DNA of 64,000 nt from assembly GCF_009914755.1 (NCBI RefSeq), contig NC_060929.1; one strand, given 5' to 3'. The stretch's first letter is position 1, and every line of letters starts with the position of its first letter. Both the position numbers and the translations under genes were made by a program. The stretch is from the human T2T-CHM13v2.0 reference genome, Homo sapiens. The notes below the pieces were generated by a model, which did not search any database, was not told where the DNA came from, and saw nothing but the letters and a program-made list of their open reading frames with translations. Shown one piece after another: positions 55,725 through 64,000 of the stretch.

Positions 55725-57493
55725 TACTGAGTGTTTTGTTGCTGGGTTTTGCAACTCTGTTATAACCACATTATCAACAATTTCTGTTAAAATTTCAAGG
55801 TTACTTATCAAATTCTACCCCCATCAACTATCTACTTGGTATTTTTTGGTAGATCTTAAATCCCTGTGCTTAACCCAAGTGATAGATCATCCAGTTTATT
55901 TAAGTCATGCTTCTAATTTTTAAAAATATAGTGCCCTATTTATCTTTAACATTTTAAAACCTTACAATTACAAGTCAAATGGCATGACCTGTTTGTATTC
56001 TTTATTAACTGCTGTATACAAATACAGCCAGCTTGCTTTAATTATGGAAACTGGTCCTTCCCGGTGGAGGGACACTGTCCCAGTGAGGCGAGGAGGGGAG
56101 TGTGCCTGCCAGGAGGTGAGTGTTGACTGGGTGGGAGGGCTTCCCAAGTTACTTCCCTGCTCCTCAGGTAGGTGTGGCTGTGCAAATGGCAGTGCCGAGC
56201 AGTAGGCTCAGAGCTGGCAGTGCCAGGTGTTGCCTATAGATCCTGAGTGATTATTGGCTTTGGAAAAAGCCACTGGGCTTAGATGTAACTCTTTTCTTCT
56301 TTCCTGAGACAGGAGATGTTGTGCTTGGATTTAAAAGGGATGAAGAACCCAATAATTGTAAATGCTTTAGAGAAGACTATATATCCCTGATGAGTATGAG
56401 ATTTTAGAGATGTGTGGGTAAACTCTTGGGCAGGGCTGAGTGGCTTGGTTTGGTTGGAGAGTTACTTCCTGGAATGCGACAGCTTTGTCACTCACACTGG
56501 CTGTGGTGTCTTCTACGAAAGTAAAAACTGCTCCAAAGCAGAGGTAGCTTTGTCTTCCTCCTCTTTGTGTCTTCAATTCCAAATGCAATGATTGGCACAT
56601 GCTGATTCTCGGTAATAATCTGTTGAAGTGATCCAGGCTGAACTGAAGGCTGGCAGTGTGTATTCGTGGTTTTCTAAGGTGGTGGAAGTAGAGAGCCCTG
56701 GCCACTCACGGCCCTATCCAGCGCTGCCTTTGTGTGGTGCAGCAGTAGCTAGAGAGCCTAGCAAGCTTTTCCTAGAGAGTTAATTCAGTTCGGTGAGTTC
56801 AGTGAGCAGTATGGGCTGAGAGAGCCCTCAAAATTCAACGTAGCACTGGCTCTCCCAGCAGCAGGCATTGTTCAGGTGAGACAGAATGGTTGCCTGAGGA
56901 AGTAGTGTGCTGGGGAGACTGCAGGGATTAAGGTCATCCTCTTCCAGATTTTCATTAAGTCTGAAATGCTCTCCTTGGCTCCACAAGAGATCCTCTTGCT
57001 ATTCCTACTGTGGTGTACGGACAGCTTATGGTTTACTTCTTACAGTTTCCTGTTTCAGATAAGGGGAAGCATGGCCAAGATGGTTCTGTGAGTCAGGCCC
57101 AGAAGGGTAATGGGGTTGTTTTCTTGGGAGGCACATGGGCACGGGTAGTATTATTAATATTTCAAGCCAATTGGAAAGGATTGATGTTTCATTATAAAAA
57201 TATGAAGCAAAATACTTCATTTCAGTGTTTCTATTTCTGGAAATACAAACTAAGTAACAAATTGTTGTCTTGACTTGCAAATTGTTGGTTTCAAGGTCAA
57301 CATCTGAACTTTCTTTATTGCTCCCTTTAAAATTAAGAAGTTTCTGGATTAATGGTAGTTATCACTCCCAAATTCAGATTCTGCATATCAGCCTAGCTGT
57401 CCCTAATGTGGTAGTCTAATTAGAAGGAAAATTGCTGGAATAACCCTGCAGGTTTATCTCACTTGTTTCTTGTTTCCCTTTTGAACCTTTCAG

Positions 57494-57667
57494 GTACGAC
57501 AGTGCCAGCCCACAGGGCCATCCTGGTGGCCCGTTGTGAAGTGATGGCAGCCATGTTTAATGGTAATTACATGGAAGCAAAGAGTGTCCTGATTCCCGTT
57601 TATGGTGTTTCCAAAGAGACTTTCTTGTCATTTTTAGAATACCTGTACACAGACTCCTGCTGCCCAG
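57494..57667 (+). CDS. RHOBTB3: RHOBTB3 exon 9 (174 nt), second BTB domain
   Basis: tttcag|GT; GTTVPAHRAILVARCEVMAAMF...FLEYLYTDSCCP; donor G|gttagc; phase 1 to 1. Confidence 0.97.
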
Positions 57668-58811
57668 GTTAGCAATACAAATGTTGATAGTATCTCAGAA
57701 TTCTTTCTTTCCTTGCCACCCATTTTGTTAAATTGCACTCTGTGGAATCTATTTTCATTTAAGATTTATTAGTTGACATCACGGAATGTACTAAGCAATT
57801 AGAGGTGGTGCTGGAACAACAATGAATTTTCATTCAGTTCAAGTGGAAGTGCAGTGATTGGGTGCCTTTTATGGGTCTCCGACGCCGGCACAAGTTCACA
57901 TGTCCCAGCCAGCACCTACAGCATGGGGATCACTGTAGGCAACTAGAAATGGAGGTGTCTTGTGGTACCCATGGCTACCGTAATTCTAGAGATCGGGGCA
58001 GATTGTTACTTGGAGCGCTGTCTCTTCCACAAGAAGAGGAGGGTTGCGCAACTGCTTTGATGTCTGTGACTTCTGATTGGGGCACTTTTAAGGACTTTCA
58101 ATATTCTGAGACTTTTTTGGTCTTCCTTCTGCCCAGAGGATGTGGGATTTGTAAAGGCCTCCTTCTGACTTCTGCTAAAGTCAGAAACTCCTCAAACTGA
58201 CTTCTCTGAAAACTTTTCTTGAGATGTTTAGAATACCCAGTGGACTGTAGGATTCATTTCCAAATTCACTGACCAAGGACTATCTTTGACCAGGAACCAA
58301 ACATCTGTGACAGCTCTAGGTTGGAACAGATCCAGCAGGGTTCTTCTAGCTGGAGGCACTTGAAGAAATAGCAAAATTTTTTCTACAGGCCTGGAGCCTT
58401 GCTTGGGATGCTGGCAGGGAAGCCCTCTGTGAGTAGTCTTCAGCCTTTGGCCACCAGATGGCTCCCACCACAAGCACAACTAGATTCGGCCCCGTGGAGC
58501 TCAGTTCAGGAGCCTGAGACCTTGATTAGAGAACCTGGTCAGGCACCCTAATAAACATAAAAAGCAAACACACATTTCAAGCCAGACCTCTCTTCAGATT
58601 CACTGCTTTAATTTTTAGAATGGAAAGGTTTCTTACACTGGGTATTGAAATAAGTTTTAAACAAGTCATGAGCCCTCTAGTGAAAGATTTTAGAAGTTCA
58701 AAAAGAAGCAAATGTATTTGTGTTGATTAAATTAATTCTGGGCTTGCAGCTTGCTGTAGAGTATTTTGGAGCCAGTTGCAGTTGTTTCTGTCAGTGTTAA
58801 AGACTGACTTA

Positions 58812-59105
<294 letters not shown>

Positions 59106-59772
59106 TTAGTATTTTTGCCTAATAAAAATGAAAACATTTGTTCTTTTTGGAAATAAAGCTTATTGTTTATTATTTCATTGTTGGCAAATCTGTATATTAA
59201 ATTTACAAATTGACCAGATTTGGAGTAATAGGAAAATTTGATTTTCAGTCATCCTCTCACTCAAGTAATTGAAGCTGCTAATATTAAGTTTTACCTTGCT
59301 AATTAGAAAATATTACAGAGGAAAGCAGTAATAATGATAGGATTTTTAAAAATTGGCAAAAGTGTGTTAGGGAAAAATGAGTCAAAATGAATAATCAAAA
59401 AGTTAAGCCAGATACTGGAATCTGTGCATTGGGAAGATCACAGAAGACAGGTAATGTTATTATGTTAAGTATTCACCATACACAGTGTTCTTGGTTCCAT
59501 AGCTACAAAAGAATGTAAGAATGTAAGGAGGGATAAGAACGAGAATTACATGAAAAACCAGATTTCTAGGGAAGTATTGAAAAAACCCCCAGCCAAATTG
59601 GGTGGTTGCCAGGGGCTGGGGAAAGGGGGAAACAGGGAGTTAGTGTTTATTGGGTACAGAGTTTCAGTTTGGGAAGAAGAAACATGTTCTGGAGATGGCG
59701 GTGGTGATGACTGCACAGCAGTGTGAATGTACTTCATGCCAATGAATCATATACTTAAAAGTGGTTAAAATG

Positions 59773-60659
<887 letters not shown>

Positions 60660-60669
60660 CTTCTTTTTA

Positions 60670-60963
<294 letters not shown>

Positions 60964-61023
60964 TTAGATCATTAAAGAAATGGTTTCATCATCCACTTTC
61001 TCTCATGTCCCTTTTCTCATCAG

Positions 61024-61190
61024 CTGGCATATTCCAGGCCATGTGTCTCCTGATCTGTGCCGAGATGTACCAAGTGTCCAGACTGCAGCACATCTGTGAG
61101 CTGTTCATCATTACCCAGCTGCAGAGCATGCCAAGCAGGGAACTGGCATCCATGAACCTTGATATAGTTGACCTGCTTAAAAAGGCCAAG
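61024..61190 (+). CDS. RHOBTB3: RHOBTB3 exon 10 (167 nt); gene continues past the window
   Basis: catcag|CT; AGIFQAMCLLICAEMYQVSRLQHIC...LLKKAK; donor AAG|gtaatt; no stop codon yet. Confidence 0.97.
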
Positions 61191-62536
61191 GTAATTGACT
61201 CTGTGTATCTGATAGCCTAGTTTTTTATAAAATATTTTTCAAATTATACTATTTTAAAATTTATCATTTTTTAACATACGTTAATACTAGTCTTAGTTTG
61301 GAAGTTTGGCTAATGAGGCTAAAGTGCCTTCACAACAGTTTATCTGGCTAGATAATTTTGAAGCATTAGGGTTTGTGTGCAGTCCCTTTTATAAGGAGGC
61401 AAAATGTCCAGATACGGAATTTTTTTAACTAAATAGTGGCCCTTAGTAGAGTCATTTGAATGTGGTGCTATACTATGTCACATAGGCATTGTAGGAAATA
61501 GAATTTATGTTGAATTTCCCCAAACAATCACATCTTCAGGTTCCTAAAAGGGAAATGACAGAATTGGTCCATATATACTGATAGCGATGGTTAAGCTAAA
61601 CTAATTTACTTCTTCATTTTTTCATCCATATAATGAACATGTTTTGAAGTTTCAGTTGTATGTAGGAGATATTGGTGTGCCTCATTTATCCTTGCAGAAT
61701 GCCTTTTGTTTTCATGTCTCACCTTATTAGCAATCACTGCCGTATGTGTACATGCTTCTTCTGGGCCTCTTGTAAGCTCGGAGTCTTTTGTTTTCAATAA
61801 TTATATCATTACTGATTTTAGAGAACGGGGGTGGGGGAGTTACATAATTAAGTTAATTTTAAGTAACTGCAGTTACAGAGGCCCTAAATTATGAATCAGA
61901 GCCAGGTCTGTAAATAAACTAGGACTACTGTGTTGAAATCTACTTCCCAAACCCCCAGATGTGCTCACAGTCAAAAACCTGCCAAATCCTTATTCCCACT
62001 TTCTTTCATTCCTGGAAGCAGAAAGCTTATTCAGATGGGCCATCCTACCGTTGGCCATTCTGCCATTCCATCCACTGCCCGAGACAGTTTCAGCACTTGT
62101 GGTAGTTATGGCACACTCTTGTGTACTCAACTTGTGGTAAGCCGAGCCCTCTAGGTTTTTTTCACAGGAATATATTTGTTCAATCACTACAGAGTGTCAG
62201 TACTTCTTGAACTATTATCTGGCATCTAACATGTCTATACCTATCAACTTTGACGTCCAGGGTTACAAAAGCATGACAACTTTTATCTCCATCCACATTG
62301 CTAAAATGGAGCCACATGATGGGGCAAATTCCAGATCTGTGACAGCTGAATGCTTGCCTCCAAGCTGAAACGAATTCATTCATCAACACTTCTGTTTATA
62401 GAAGGGAATTTATTTGAAGCATCTAGGTCTTCTCCTACTATCTCCTTAACTATTTTGGACTTCATTTCTCTCATAATCAAGTCTTACGATCACATGTATT
62501 TAATTAGGGCTAAAAACAAATTTAAAAATTGAGTAA

Positions 62537-62899
<363 letters not shown>

Positions 62900-64000
62900 C
62901 TAAATTTAGTTTACAATTTTTAAAATTCTTTCTAGTAGTTTCACAATCTCAGTTCATTTTTGATGTATCATTTTCATACTATTCTAACAAGTTGTTCATA
63001 CTTTTTAAAAAATTGGACACAAGTTTCTTTTTCCTTATCTTTTAGTATCTTCTTAAATCGTTTATGTATAAGAGAACTTCCCGTGTGGTCACATTGATTT
63101 CTTTAGGTGCCTCCCCTCACTGCCCCCCTACACTTGGTTCCTCATCAGAATCATTTTTGATTGCACTGTCAGAAATTCTTGACTTGTTTTCCCTGATTCT
63201 CTGGTTTCTGACTCTGTGATTATCCTTATCTTTTCCCCTTGAATTTCAAACAATCTAAGATACAAGCTCATTTTGAATTTTGTTTCTGAAGACTTTTTAT
63301 TTTCTAAGATTAAGCCTAAATTTACCAGTTTTCCTGTATTCTTTTCCTGGTGGTTCCTAATTTGGCAATTGTGAATTCCAGATAACAGAAGTTTTCTTCC
63401 CAAGTTTTCTTTGAAGTTCCTAGTTTGAGATTTCACTTCACCAGTCAGTTCACCCTGTTGGTCAGAATTTGGTTAACTTTTGCCTTGCCATTTCTCTGAC
63501 TTTTAGGAGTGAAATTGTCTTCTAGCAGAATTAGACTCCCAGTAGCTCTCCAAATAATCAAAATTTCTGAACACTCTGCCAGTTTTGTACTGTGTGTCAG
63601 GAAACATCATTCATACTTTCTTAGATAGATGAGCAGTGTGGGTATTCTCTCACTTCTCTGTCCATTTTCCCCTAACCTCTCTCAGTTCTTTACCATGATT
63701 TACCTTCAGGTTTCCATCAAGGAGGACTCTTAAAATACAAGAGTTGAGGTGGAGATTCCGTATCTCTACTCCTGTTTAAACCCTATCTGTTCAAACTTTG
63801 GTGATTCCTATGAAGTTGTATTTATTCTTGTATTAAAAATTTTAATGCATCTTCTTATTTATAATCTATATGTTAATATTTGGCTATCTGAGGCACAAGT
63901 TGTATTTCTGAGAGTTTCCAGGTACTTTCTTGTGAGTTTATGGGTATTTTCTCCACGTTCTTCTTGTAGCTCTTAAGTTCTATTGCATTTGGTTTATGGT

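Noticed and set aside
57862-58200. 112-aa ORF in intron 9
   Set aside because: GTG start, no recognisable domain, and not needed for exon 9-10 phase continuity.

Overview
Primate genomic DNA, almost certainly human (chr5q15 from recall). It holds about 8 kb of upstream sequence, the CpG-island promoter and coding exons 1-10 of RHOBTB3 (atypical Rho-BTB protein, + strand). All nine introns are GT-AG with consistent phases, and the spliced CDS is 1623 nt (541 codons); the C-terminal exons lie beyond the window. Intron 8 contains a full-length, disabled HSPD1 (HSP60) processed pseudogene. The rest is Alu, L1, L2, MIR, LTR and DNA-transposon remnants. I found no prokaryote-type system or new protein-coding gene. 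The most notable signals: (1) two inverted AluY copies flanking exons 6-7 that are perfectly complementary over 65 bp and share three non-consensus changes, suggesting a gene-converted back-splicing clamp; (2) a junction-crossing 163-aa ORF on the exon 6-7 circle; (3) a start codon split by an in-frame, stop-free intron that recreates ATG if retained; (4) a 5' splice site regenerated at the exon 8/9 junction; (5) a MER41B LTR with STAT, ETS and CArG-like motifs about 2 kb upstream. Repeat family names come from recalled consensus sequences, not from a search.
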